A stretch of 63,887 bases of DNA, counting the filler, from a bacterium (GTDB taxonomy: Bacteria; JACRDZ01; JAQUKH01), in NCBI GenBank assembly GCA_028719205.1. It is 3 parts of 3 records of this genome, joined end to end, with 100 filler letters (N's around TTAATTAATTAA, not from the genome) between each part and the next. Parts side by side here need not be neighbours in the genome. Positions count along the whole stretch, not along the records: positions 1 to 25,973 come from JAQUKH010000035.1; 2 more parts are not named here. One strand, given 5' to 3'. Each line of letters starts with the position of its first letter. Position 1 is the first letter of the stretch. Of the stretch, positions 1 to 8,248 are shown piece by piece. The notes below the pieces were generated by a model. It ran no database searches, was not told the origin of the DNA, and saw only the letters and a list, made by a program, of their open reading frames with translations. Both the position numbers and the translations under genes were made by a program.

Positions 1-313
1 TTGAATGATCCGGATGGCTGTCAGCCGATATTGCTATAAATACCACATTTTCATTGCATAAATCTTCTATCTTTCTGGAACTGGTTATTCCTCTTGAATA
101 GGCTAGCAATACTATCTTTAACAATATTGAAGGGTCAAAAGCGGTTGCTCCGGTTTTATCGTTTTTGTATTTTGATTCAAAAACTGACAAATCAATATAA
201 TTGTCTACTATCTGGTTTATCGCTTCTTCGAAACTTCCGGGTAATATTTGCTGATCGTATCGGACAGGGAGCATAATGGTCTGTTCATAAGAATAGTTTT
301 TAAAGCGGGCCAT
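1..313 (-). CDS. IS1182-family transposase, N-terminal part (runs off the window edge)
   Basis: Not in the ORF track. Hand translation from ATG 313, with SD GAAAGGAG upstream, gives MARFKNYSYEQTIMLPVRYDQQILPGSFEEAINQIVDNYIDLSVFESKYKNDKTGATAFDPSILLKIVLLAYSRGITSSRKIEDLCNENVVFIAISADSHPDHS. This is the typical DUF772/IS1182 N-terminus (G..AFDP..LLK..LLAY..G..SSR.IE..C..N......PDH). Confidence 0.85.
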   Translation of the reverse strand, partial: MARFKNYSYEQTIMLPVRYDQQILPGSFEEAINQIVDNYIDLSVFESKYKNDKTGATAFDPSILLKIVLLAYSRGITSSRKIEDLCNENVVFIAISADSHPDHS

Positions 314-415
314 TTAAATACTTTCTCCTTTCAGTTATAATATAATATTTACATTATACCTGATATTTTAATCAAAAGAAAGTATTTATTAGGGGAAAAT
401 GGGGTTTTTCGACAG

Positions 416-419
<4 letters not shown>
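1..419 (-). mobile_element. IS1182-family insertion sequence, left part; its end abuts the attC core
   Basis: Transposase above, plus a terminal-looking GAAGCTGTCGAAAAACCCC (419-401, minus strand) directly after the GTT of the last attC. The other end is outside the window. Confidence 0.65.
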
Positions 420-1148
<729 letters not shown>

Positions 1149-1154
1149 GTTTGG

Positions 1155-1163
1155 ATTATAGCA
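1155..1163 (-). promoter_or_regulatory. Extended -10 promoter (TGCTATAAT) for the MNT-HEPN pair, probably leaderless
   Basis: TGnTATAAT lies 6 nt before the MNT ATG; no SD is present. Confidence 0.6.
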
Positions 1164-1263
1164 TTTTTTTATATTTTTATCTATGTTGATTTAAAAATCT
1201 GTATTTACCATAATTGTCGATAAAATTATAGAGTAGGGTTGGTAAGTGTTAATATTCATAACG

Positions 1264-1521
1264 TTATTTTTTTATCTTATTTTTTATTACAATTGCAGAA
1301 AATACTAATCCAATGCTTGCTAATAAATATTGTTTGCCTGCAATAAGAGCAAAAAAAGCACTCGATGAACAAAGAAAGGCTCCAGGTTTAATTAATTTTA
1401 GGCCGAAAGGTTTATATAAAACATAAGATGATATCATTCCAATAAAAAGAATAATAAATCCTAAGATTAAACATATTATGGCTATTCCGCCCAATATTAG
1501 AGGAAAATTATTAAAATTCAT
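1264..1521 (-). CDS. Small integral membrane protein (cassette 6, first gene)
   Basis: 85 aa with 2-3 hydrophobic segments; starts about 35 nt after the cassette GTT. Confidence 0.65.
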   Translation of the reverse strand: MNFNNFPLILGGIAIICLILGFIILFIGMISSYVLYKPFGLKLIKPGAFLCSSSAFFALIAGKQYLLASIGLVFSAIVIKNKIKK

Positions 1522-1549
1522 ATATATTTATGTTTTATTATTTAATTGT

Positions 1550-1608
1550 TTTTAACGTTGAAAACTCAGGCGCCGCCATAGGCGGTCGCCTGTAGTGCGA
1601 TGTTAAGA
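1550..1608 (-). other. attC site (cassette 5)
   Basis: Plus strand TTTTAAC-GTTGAAAACTCAGGCG-CCGCCATAGGCGG-TCGCCTGTAGTGCGAT-GTTAAGA. Confidence 0.88.
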
Positions 1609-1646
1609 CTTTTATTTAAACATTATCTCATCAATCTTTTTTTTAG

Positions 1647-2282
1647 CTATTGTATTTCTTTCCAAGCCCTAAAATCAAAAGTGCCACCTATCCATTGGGT
1701 ATTAGAGATATTTTCTGTTGGGGATTTAAGTACGCAATTTGTAGTATTAAATCCCATAAAAAAAGTCCCTGAGTTTTGAGAATAAAAGCCAAAATTAATA
1801 GTTGCTAATAATCCATCACCACTTACTCCCACGGTATCATTTTCACGATTAATTTCAATACTTATTTTTCTTTTATCTTTAACAGTAGTTGAAAAAGTTG
1901 TTATTCCCCCATCTTGTTTTAAGAAATCACCTTCAATGTACTTCTCGGCACTCATACCATAATAGGAAGTAGAAGTATCATAAAATATCTCTAATTTTAT
2001 ATTAGATACATGTTCAACTCTTTTTGCTCTTACTTCTATAGAAACACCTCCACCATGATGAATATGAGTAGTACCATAGCTATTATATAAATAAATTGAA
2101 TTGTTAATTGGGGTTTCATCTGGTTTAAAAGAAATAGCGTTATCATAGGAAACCTCTGGGCCATCAAAACCCCAAATAAGAAAATCACTAAAAGCTTTAT
2201 CATCTTTCTTACTACAGGAAATAAGAAAAGAAAGACTTAAAATAATTATTCCTATTAAAACAAATTCAATATTATTTTTCAT
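1647..2282 (-). CDS. Cassette lipoprotein with cohesin-like beta domain
   Basis: Lipobox-like LISC; YD...EGDFLKQDGG...GVSGDGLLATINF resembles cohesin domains. Confidence 0.65.
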   Translation of the reverse strand: MKNNIEFVLIGIIILSLSFLISCSKKDDKAFSDFLIWGFDGPEVSYDNAISFKPDETPINNSIYLYNSYGTTHIHHGGGVSIEVRAKRVEHVSNIKLEIFYDTSTSYYGMSAEKYIEGDFLKQDGGITTFSTTVKDKRKISIEINRENDTVGVSGDGLLATINFGFYSQNSGTFFMGFNTTNCVLKSPTENISNTQWIGGTFDFRAWKEIQ

Positions 2283-2327
2283 TTTTAACGAACTAGCTCA
2301 GGCGCGGCTATAAGCCGTCGCCTGAAG
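2283..2327 (-). other. attC site (cassette 4), larger fragment, interrupted by IS
   Basis: TTTTAAC...TCAGGCG-CGGCTATAAGCCG-TCGCCTGAAG. Joining it to 3727-3739 restores a family-typical attC with 9 nt between CTG and GTT. Confidence 0.85.
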
Positions 2328-2407
2328 TGATAGTATGAAAACGTGCCTACCATAGGTTATAATATTTCCGCCAAGAAAAAACAATAACCTTAAAAAAGGA
2401 GGCACGT

Positions 2408-3424
2408 ATGTATACTATCGGTTGTGATCAACACAAAAAATATTCGTATTTAGTATCGAAAGATCAGAACGGTAACACCATTGATCAACAGAAATTATAC
2501 CACTCTGATAAGGAAAAGATAAGAGATTATTTTAAGTCTGTACCAAAAGATTCAATTGTAGTTTTGGAGAGTTGCGGTTTTGATCACTGGCTGGGAGATA
2601 TGGTAGAAGAAATAGGGTTGACAGTTAAATTAGCACATACCGCAAAAACAAAAGCAATAGCCGAAGAGAAAATAAAAACTGATAAAATAAGTGCGAACGT
2701 TTTGGCGGATCTATTGAGAGCAAATATGCTACCTGAGGCTTATCGTGCGCCCCGTGAAACGAGGGATGCCCGGGCAATGATGCGATACCGGCTAAGATTA
2801 ATTTCGATAAGGACTAATTTGAAGAATAAAATTCATTCGACAATTGATTACCAAGGGATACAGCAATCTTTTACTGATTTATATGGTAAAAGCGGTAGGA
2901 TATTTTTAGCCCAGTTAAATTTAAAAGAACCCTACAATTCTATAATAAAGAATTATTTATCGATAATAGATGAATTAACTGTTCTGATAAATAAAGTAGA
3001 TGTTCACTTAAGAAAACATTTAAAAATAAATAAGGATGCTCAACTTCTTAACACAATACCGGGAATAGGTGTTATTACAACACATACGATTTTAGCTGAG
3101 ATCGGAGACATAAGCCGGTTTAAAAACAGGCACAAGCTTGCGAGATATATCGGGATAGTTCCTTCATTGCATCAGAGCGGCCAGGTTTTATATCAGGGCA
3201 GAATAACTAAGCAGGGAAATAAATATTTAAGAACAGCTTTTGTGGAAGCTGCGCATACTGCTATGAAAAATGATCCATACTTAAAAAGTCATTTTGATAA
3301 AATATGTAATAAAAAAGGGTATGGAGTCGCGATAGTAGCAGTTACGCATAAACTTGTAAAATCGGTATATAAAATTTTAACTGAAAAAGTGGAATATAGA
3401 TATAGAGCCATATATAATGGGTGA
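2408..3424 (+). CDS. IS110-family (DEDD-type) transposase/recombinase
   Basis: IGCDQHK, ESCG, KTDKISA, TIPGIG, HQSG and GRITKQGNKYLR motifs; SD AAGGAGG. Confidence 0.95.
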   Translation: MYTIGCDQHKKYSYLVSKDQNGNTIDQQKLYHSDKEKIRDYFKSVPKDSIVVLESCGFDHWLGDMVEEIGLTVKLAHTAKTKAIAEEKIKTDKISANVLADLLRANMLPEAYRAPRETRDARAMMRYRLRLISIRTNLKNKIHSTIDYQGIQQSFTDLYGKSGRIFLAQLNLKEPYNSIIKNYLSIIDELTVLINKVDVHLRKHLKINKDAQLLNTIPGIGVITTHTILAEIGDISRFKNRHKLARYIGIVPSLHQSGQVLYQGRITKQGNKYLRTAFVEAAHTAMKNDPYLKSHFDKICNKKGYGVAIVAVTHKLVKSVYKILTEKVEYRYRAIYNG

Positions 3425-3700
3425 TGCCGTTAACAAGGCTGGCATAAATAAAGGCCGTTGAAGTGATTGGCACACCCTGTCATAATTACTATTGTGCGCA
3501 AAGACAGCGCGAATGGATGAATTGGCTATATTTTTTTGTCAGCTGGAATGCTCTATATTTAAATGAATTGTGAATAGTGCCGTTCTGTTGATAATAAAAT
3601 CTTATCAACAGAACTTGGATAACTACTTCGTAGTTACCCACACTCTTCACAATATGATTATTGATATCTCTTCCTGAAAGGACGTATAGGTTATTTTTTG
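3424..3700 (+). ncRNA. Candidate bridge/seek RNA region of the IS1111-type element
   Basis: Non-coding right end with four short segments matching the target and the circle junction, plus several hairpins. Boundaries are inferred. Confidence 0.6.
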
Positions 3701-3726
3701 CTTGACAGGAGGTACGTTTTCATGGA

Positions 3727-3739
3727 CGCCTGGTTAAAA
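3727..3739 (-). other. attC site (cassette 4), R'' fragment
   Basis: CGCCTG-GTTAAAA completes the site split by the IS and complements the cassette 4 start GTTAAAA. Confidence 0.8.
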
Positions 3740-3762
3740 GTTTCTATTTACTATTAAATTAT

Positions 3763-4251
3763 TTAATTAAAATTGTTTGAATCTATTATCAATTTTATAT
3801 CTTCGGCAATCGTTGTTGTGTCAGTATACCAGTTACCTGCTGTATCAAGTAGCCTTCTGTTATCGAAGAAAGCGTTAGATTCAATATTAAATTCTTTTAA
3901 TTTTCCAACATCATCTCTTATTGTTATAGTTTTATTATAATAACTTGGAGCTTGAGATGAGGGCCCTTGTGACCAAGCCATATTTAGTGTTCTTGATTCG
4001 TTTGCAGGAATAATTTCTTCTTTATCACTGACACGTTGCTCAGGGAATTGTGAATCATTTGGTCCTTGCCAAATTGAAAATATTTCACCTGAAAAAACTT
4101 TATATTTTGCAATAATATTTTTTGATAATTTGTTTTCTATAACAAGCGTTGCACGTTCTTGACGATATTCTTTATCTCCAGCAATTCCGCAACCATTGAA
4201 AAACAAAAATACTGTTAATAAAAACATGAGCTTCAAAAAAATATTTTTCAT
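3763..4251 (-). CDS. Cassette lipoprotein, unknown function
   Basis: Signal peptide with FNGC lipobox; SD AAGGA right after the cassette GTT. Confidence 0.75.
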   Translation of the reverse strand: MKNIFLKLMFLLTVFLFFNGCGIAGDKEYRQERATLVIENKLSKNIIAKYKVFSGEIFSIWQGPNDSQFPEQRVSDKEEIIPANESRTLNMAWSQGPSSQAPSYYNKTITIRDDVGKLKEFNIESNAFFDNRRLLDTAGNWYTDTTTIAEDIKLIIDSNNFN

Positions 4252-4261
4252 TATTTTCCTT

Positions 4262-4339
4262 TTTTAACATTAGAAATCAGGGAATCGCCGAAGGGCAATC
4301 GCCTACTGGCGATCGATTTCCTGCATTGAGTTGTTGCCC
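4262..4339 (-). other. attC site (cassette 3)
   Basis: TTTTAAC...CAGGGAATCG...CGATTTCCCTG...GTTGCCC. The R'' end is the exact complement of the cassette start at 4876-4883. Confidence 0.85.
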
Positions 4340-4352
4340 GTTTCTAATTGAA

Positions 4353-4856
4353 TTATTTTATTAATTTATTTTTTATTAAATATTTTCGTCCTGTATGGGT
4401 TAAACTCCATGTATAGTAATCGTTAAAGTCGTTTGCATAGATAACATGGACTTTGTTAATTAGATTTTTTATTTTGAGTTCATTTATATAAAACTCAATA
4501 ATTGTTTCTTCTATATTTAAGAATTTTGAAATTTGTTCTGGTGTTACTTCTTGATTTGTTTGATATTTTGATAGAAATAAAAGAATTTTTATTTCAATAT
4601 CATTAAGCTTTATATATATTTTTTTAAATAACAACAGGAGGATAAAAAATGACATTAACATCAATGATAAATTGGTTTCTACCTGCAATAATAGCATTTT
4701 TAATATACGATTGGTTATTATTCCCTTGTGGAAAAAGGGTAGAAATATTTGAAGCAAGAGATAAGATATTGAAAATAAAGCTGAAAGAAACTGAATGGGA
4801 GATACACAAAATTCTTGATAAATCTTATGTACGAGGTTTATTAATTTTTTTCTCAT
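4353..4856 (-). CDS. Cassette protein, two TM segments plus winged-helix-like C-terminus
   Basis: Hydrophobic N-half; C-half EIKILLFL...ISKFLNI...FYINELKIKNLI...SLTHTGRKYL is wHTH-like. Confidence 0.6.
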   Translation of the reverse strand: MRKKLINLVHKIYQEFCVSPIQFLSALFSISYLLLQIFLPFFHKGIITNRILKMLLLQVETNLSLMLMSFFILLLLFKKIYIKLNDIEIKILLFLSKYQTNQEVTPEQISKFLNIEETIIEFYINELKIKNLINKVHVIYANDFNDYYTWSLTHTGRKYLIKNKLIK

Positions 4857-4876
4857 TTTATTTATTTATTATCTTC

Positions 4877-4958
4877 GGGCAACGCTACAAACTCAGCGGT
4901 TCTTAATGGCGGCGGTTTTTCGCCGCTATTAAGAATCCGCTGCAGTGCTTTGTTGAAA
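4877..4958 (-). other. attC site (cassette 2)
   Basis: GGGCAAC...CAGCGGTTCTTAATGGCGGCG-loop-CGCCGCTATTAAGAATCCGCTG...GTTGAAA. Confidence 0.9.
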
Positions 4959-4965
4959 ATTTAAT

Positions 4966-5757
4966 TTATTTCTGATTTTTGATTTCTTTTTTTAATTCAA
5001 TTATAGTAATTTCTTTTGGTATTTTATCAGTATCATTTTCCCAACACACGAGACACAGTGGGGATGTGTTTTTCCAACTGCCATTTTTAATTTCCTCGTG
5101 TGTAAAGATATTTGAGCTTTTATGCTCAAATTCAATATATATTGGAAAATATTTATCTTTTTTTATTTTTGATTTTATTAATGCTTTACAATCTGGGAAT
5201 TTATGTGTCCATAGTTCTTCTATAATTAAGTTATAATTATGACATAAATGTCCAAATAAAAGAATTACAGAATTTTCATTAGTAGGTTCACTAGAAAAAA
5301 TAGAATCAGTTAAAGGCTTAGGTTTATAATTTGTTTCATTGTCAGGCTCAGAAATTTGCAACATTTGCCATAATTCACTTTTGTATGTTCTTTTTCCTAC
5401 TTTTTGCCTTAGCGTAGGGTCATTTTTATATTGACTTTCTTTTGATTTTTTTTGCTTTTTTGAAAAATTTTGAGAATGAAGAAGGTCATTAGGATATTTT
5501 ATGGAATATGCTTTAGAAGTCATATTATGTTTTTTTTCTAAATGTCCACCTGACAAACGAGAACATTTTTCTTTACATATTTGACATACAACGTAGTCTT
5601 CACCCTCATTAAAAGCAGAGCCATGTTTTTCCATGAAATCATAGTAATTAGTTTTATGGGAATTAGGTATGTGGAAATATTTAAAGCCTTCTTCTGTCAT
5701 TGTAGTTTTACATTCAGGGCATGTAATAAGTTGATTGCTTTTTGATTTATTTGTCAT
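4966..5757 (-). CDS. Zn-finger plus PD-(D/E)xK restriction-endonuclease-like protein (cassette 2)
   Basis: CPEC..H..H and CQIC...HLEKKH (Ros/MucR-like) fingers; C-terminal PTNE...FPDC...IEFEHKS...LVCWE nuclease-like motif. Confidence 0.6.
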   Translation of the reverse strand: MTNKSKSNQLITCPECKTTMTEEGFKYFHIPNSHKTNYYDFMEKHGSAFNEGEDYVVCQICKEKCSRLSGGHLEKKHNMTSKAYSIKYPNDLLHSQNFSKKQKKSKESQYKNDPTLRQKVGKRTYKSELWQMLQISEPDNETNYKPKPLTDSIFSSEPTNENSVILLFGHLCHNYNLIIEELWTHKFPDCKALIKSKIKKDKYFPIYIEFEHKSSNIFTHEEIKNGSWKNTSPLCLVCWENDTDKIPKEITIIELKKEIKNQK

Positions 5758-5815
5758 ATTATGTATTTCCTTACTTTCATTTCGGTATATTTATCTAATA
5801 CCTATTTAATCAATA

Positions 5816-6238
5816 TTATTCTATTACAAAACAAGGAATCTCTTTCATTATTTTATCAATTATTATATTACAATATTCTATCCCTTCAAGATTTATTTTC
5901 GGCGCCATAATTTCTTTGTAAAAATGATTGGTGTAGTATGGAGACCTATAAGGTATATAAATTAACGCGTCTAGAGGCATATCTTGTGAAGGTGGTATTG
6001 TTTCAAATTTGATTTTTAAAAATCCAAATATTTCTGTAAAATTTTTTACCCATTCAATGGGTTCCGTTTCAATGTCAGGAGAGGATATTACAAGAGGTGC
6101 ATCCAGAAGTAAATTAATAGTTCCGGTATGATAACTATCAATATTAGGTATATATTTTTTAAAAAATGGCTTTTGTTTTGGAATATTAATACTTGATGCT
6201 GCCCCGAAACCTTTTTGTATTTTTCCTTTTATTTTCAT
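5816..6238 (-). CDS. CTP-dependent riboflavin-kinase-like fold protein (cassette 2)
   Basis: KGKIQKGFGAA and YHTGTINL resemble archaeal RFK motifs (G.V.SG.G.G and YPGTLN). Start moved to ATG 6238 because TTG 6253 lies inside the attC core. Confidence 0.5.
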   Translation of the reverse strand: MKIKGKIQKGFGAASSINIPKQKPFFKKYIPNIDSYHTGTINLLLDAPLVISSPDIETEPIEWVKNFTEIFGFLKIKFETIPPSQDMPLDALIYIPYRSPYYTNHFYKEIMAPKINLEGIEYCNIIIDKIMKEIPCFVIE

Positions 6239-6247
6239 TATATTATT

Positions 6248-6322
6248 TTTCAACGATGAAGTTCAGGGAGCCGGCGAAGCGAACCCCCGAAGGGGGCGGG
6301 TTCCTGCAACGCCTTGTTAGCC
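6248..6322 (-). other. attC site (cassette 1)
   Basis: TTTCAAC...CAGGGAGCC...CCCCCGAAGGGGG...GGTTCCTG...GTTAGCC. The end complements the attI-side start CGGCTAAC. Confidence 0.88.
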
Positions 6323-6369
6323 GTCTTAATATATTTTTCTTAATCATCTTAATTCAAGGAGTGTAAATT

Positions 6370-6597
6370 ATGCAATTATTACCAAAAGACCAAATAAAAA
6401 TTATAGTTAATGACCTTGATAATACTGAAATTATTGCTGGCATTCATTCACATATTATTGATGGTCATAATATAAGATGTTGGGAAAAATATAAAGTTTC
6501 AGATCTTCCGAACGATCTCATTGATTCTAATGATTTGAAACGTTGTGGAATCAATTTGGTGGACGGAAGAGCCTTCGGGCGTACTAAAATATTCTAA
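6370..6597 (+). CDS. Hypothetical protein, antisense within cassette 1
   Basis: 75 aa with SD AAGGAG 8 nt upstream; overlaps a minus-strand ORF. Confidence 0.3.
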   Translation: MQLLPKDQIKIIVNDLDNTEIIAGIHSHIIDGHNIRCWEKYKVSDLPNDLIDSNDLKRCGINLVDGRAFGRTKIF

Positions 6598-6720
6598 TCC
6601 ATTTGTTTCAGTATATGAACCAAAATTATTAGATATTAATATTTCTTGAAAATGGATTATTGTATATCTTTTACCGGAATTTGATTTAGCAATAAATCTA
6701 TCAATTTCTTTTATTTTAAT
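6499..6720 (-). CDS. 73-aa hypothetical cassette protein with ATT start
   Basis: Not in the ORF track. SD AAGGAG, 6 nt, ATT, then an open frame IKIKEIDRFIAKSNSGKRYTIIHFQEILISNNFGSYTETNGLEYFSTPEGSSVHQIDSTTFQIIRINEIVRKI, in normal cassette orientation. Confidence 0.55.
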   Translation of the reverse strand: MKIKEIDRFIAKSNSGKRYTIIHFQEILISNNFGSYTETNGLEYFSTPEGSSVHQIDSTTFQIIRINEIVRKI

Positions 6721-6759
6721 TTTTTTCTCCTTTTTATTATTTATTTATTTATTATCTTC

Positions 6760-6790
6760 GGCTAACAATTAATATACGAACTTCTTATTT
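6760..6790 (-). other. attI site (core GTTAGCC at 6766-6760)
   Basis: GTTRRRY-like core with no attC hairpin, between cassette 1 and intI. GTTAGCCG is complementary to the R'' of cassette 1. Confidence 0.75.
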
Positions 6791-6806
6791 ACGACAAATT
6801 ATAAAA

Positions 6807-6835
6807 ATATTAGCCCTATATTTGGCAATAGTCAA
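6807..6835 (-). promoter_or_regulatory. Putative cassette promoter Pc
   Basis: TTGACT-17 nt-TAATAT pointing into attI. Confidence 0.55.
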
Positions 6836-6854
6836 GAGGATTTTATAACTTGTC

Positions 6855-6883
6855 TTGATTTTATTTCGTAAAACTTATATAAT
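6855..6883 (+). promoter_or_regulatory. Putative intI promoter
   Basis: TTGATT-17 nt-TATAAT, back to back with Pc. Confidence 0.65.
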
Positions 6884-6937
6884 ACCCTGAAATACGAAGT
6901 TCGCTTTTTGGGGGAAATTTGTCATTTTGAGGATTTT

Positions 6938-8248
6938 ATGCTGGATAATATACTGCCTGAATACCAGAAATATTTAATTTTAAATAAGCTGGTTCCTGAA
7001 AAAAATATTCAGTTTTACGCCTTATGGGTGAGTAAATTTTTGTCATTTTCAAACAGGAATGATAATATTGTGTTTGAAAATAGAATGAATAAGTTTTTAG
7101 AGTTATTATCCGGCGATGAGGCAATAAAAGACTGGCAGATAGCGCAAGCAGAAACGGCTTTGAATTTATATGTTAATAATTTTCTTAAAGGCAACAAATC
7201 GTTAATCGATCCGGATTGTAACAGCAAAAACAGCCGATTAGACGGCTTTAATTCTATAATAAATAAATTACGCGAATTAATACGTTTAAAACATTATTCA
7301 TACAGCACGGAGCAGACTTATATTGAATGGGCAAAAAAATTTCATAAATATATTTTAGAGTCAAAAGAAAATAAATTTGAAATAGATAAATTATCTTCAA
7401 ATGATGTCCAGAATTATTTAAGCCATCTGGCATTGAAGCAAAGGGTGTCATCTTCAACACAGAACCAGGCGTTTAACGCCCTGGTTTTTTTATTTAAAAA
7501 TGTTTTGGGAATTGAACTTAACGGCCTTAATGATACAGTCAGGGCAAAACGGGGGCAAAAACTTCCTGTTGTACTGACGGTTGAAGAAGTACAGGAACTG
7601 TTTAAACATATAGAAGGCAAAAACCTTCTTATTATTCAATTATTATATGGTTCAGGTCTAAGACTTATGGAACTGGCACGATTAAGGGTAAAGGATATTG
7701 ATTTTAATTCTAATTTGTTATTTGTGCGAAGCGGCAAAGGAGATAAAGACAGGTCGACTATTCTTCCTGAATTTGTTAAAAAAGATTTAAAATTATATCT
7801 GGATAAAGTTAAAACGCTTCATGATAAAGATATTAAAGAGGGATATGGAGAAGTTTATCTCCCAAACGCGTTAGAGCGGAAATACCCAAATGCCTCAAAA
7901 GACTGGGGATGGCAGTGTGTTTTCCCGGCAGAAAGGCTTTCGGTTGATCCGCGAAGCGGCAAAATCAGAAGGCACCATATAAGCGATAAAACTATACAGA
8001 ATATTGTCAGGGAAGGCGTAAGAAAAGCGGGTATAATAAAAAGCGCGACTGTGCATACTCTGAGGCATAGTTTTGCGACGCATCTTCTGATGAACGGTGT
8101 TAATATAAGAGAAGTGCAGGACCTGCTGGGGCATAAGAAACTTGAAACAACGATGATTTATACTCATGTTATGCGGGACATGTCAAACGCGCCGAAGAGC
8201 CCGCTGGATATGTTGTATGGAAAAATGAATGAGGAAAATAAAATTTAA
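6938..8248 (+). CDS. intI: Integron integrase, long N-terminal form
   Basis: Tyrosine recombinase residues (GLRLME, GKGDK, HTLRHSF, GHK, TTMIY) plus the IntI-specific insertion VYLPNALERKYP...WQCVFPA...VDPRSG..RRHH. Likely start ATG 6938 after GAGG. Confidence 0.96.
   Translation: MLDNILPEYQKYLILNKLVPEKNIQFYALWVSKFLSFSNRNDNIVFENRMNKFLELLSGDEAIKDWQIAQAETALNLYVNNFLKGNKSLIDPDCNSKNSRLDGFNSIINKLRELIRLKHYSYSTEQTYIEWAKKFHKYILESKENKFEIDKLSSNDVQNYLSHLALKQRVSSSTQNQAFNALVFLFKNVLGIELNGLNDTVRAKRGQKLPVVLTVEEVQELFKHIEGKNLLIIQLLYGSGLRLMELARLRVKDIDFNSNLLFVRSGKGDKDRSTILPEFVKKDLKLYLDKVKTLHDKDIKEGYGEVYLPNALERKYPNASKDWGWQCVFPAERLSVDPRSGKIRRHHISDKTIQNIVREGVRKAGIIKSATVHTLRHSFATHLLMNGVNIREVQDLLGHKKLETTMIYTHVMRDMSNAPKSPLDMLYGKMNEENKI

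Larger units (their letters stand above)
2328..3726 (+). mobile_element. IS110 family, IS1111 subgroup element inserted in attC
   Basis: Subterminal IRs ATGAAAACGTGCCT (2335-2348) and AGGTACGTTTTCAT (3710-3723), 13/14 match, 7 nt and 3 nt from the inferred ends. No target duplication, a long 3' non-coding region, and TTGACA at 3702-3707 near the right end. Confidence 0.9.

Noticed and set aside
94-276. Plus-strand 60-aa ORF and the many short ORFs opposite long genes
   Set aside because: Shadow frames of well-supported genes (here the IS1182 transposase), with no motifs.
1255-1270. TAAC|GTTA at the membrane gene stop as a collapsed attC
   Set aside because: Only 8 nt with no L boxes or stem; easily chance in AT-rich DNA.
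6771-6904. LexA box near the intI promoter (CGAACTTC / GAAGTTCG)
   Set aside because: Does not fit CTGT-N8-ACAG or GAAC-N4-GTTC spacing; the two half-sites are about 110 nt apart.
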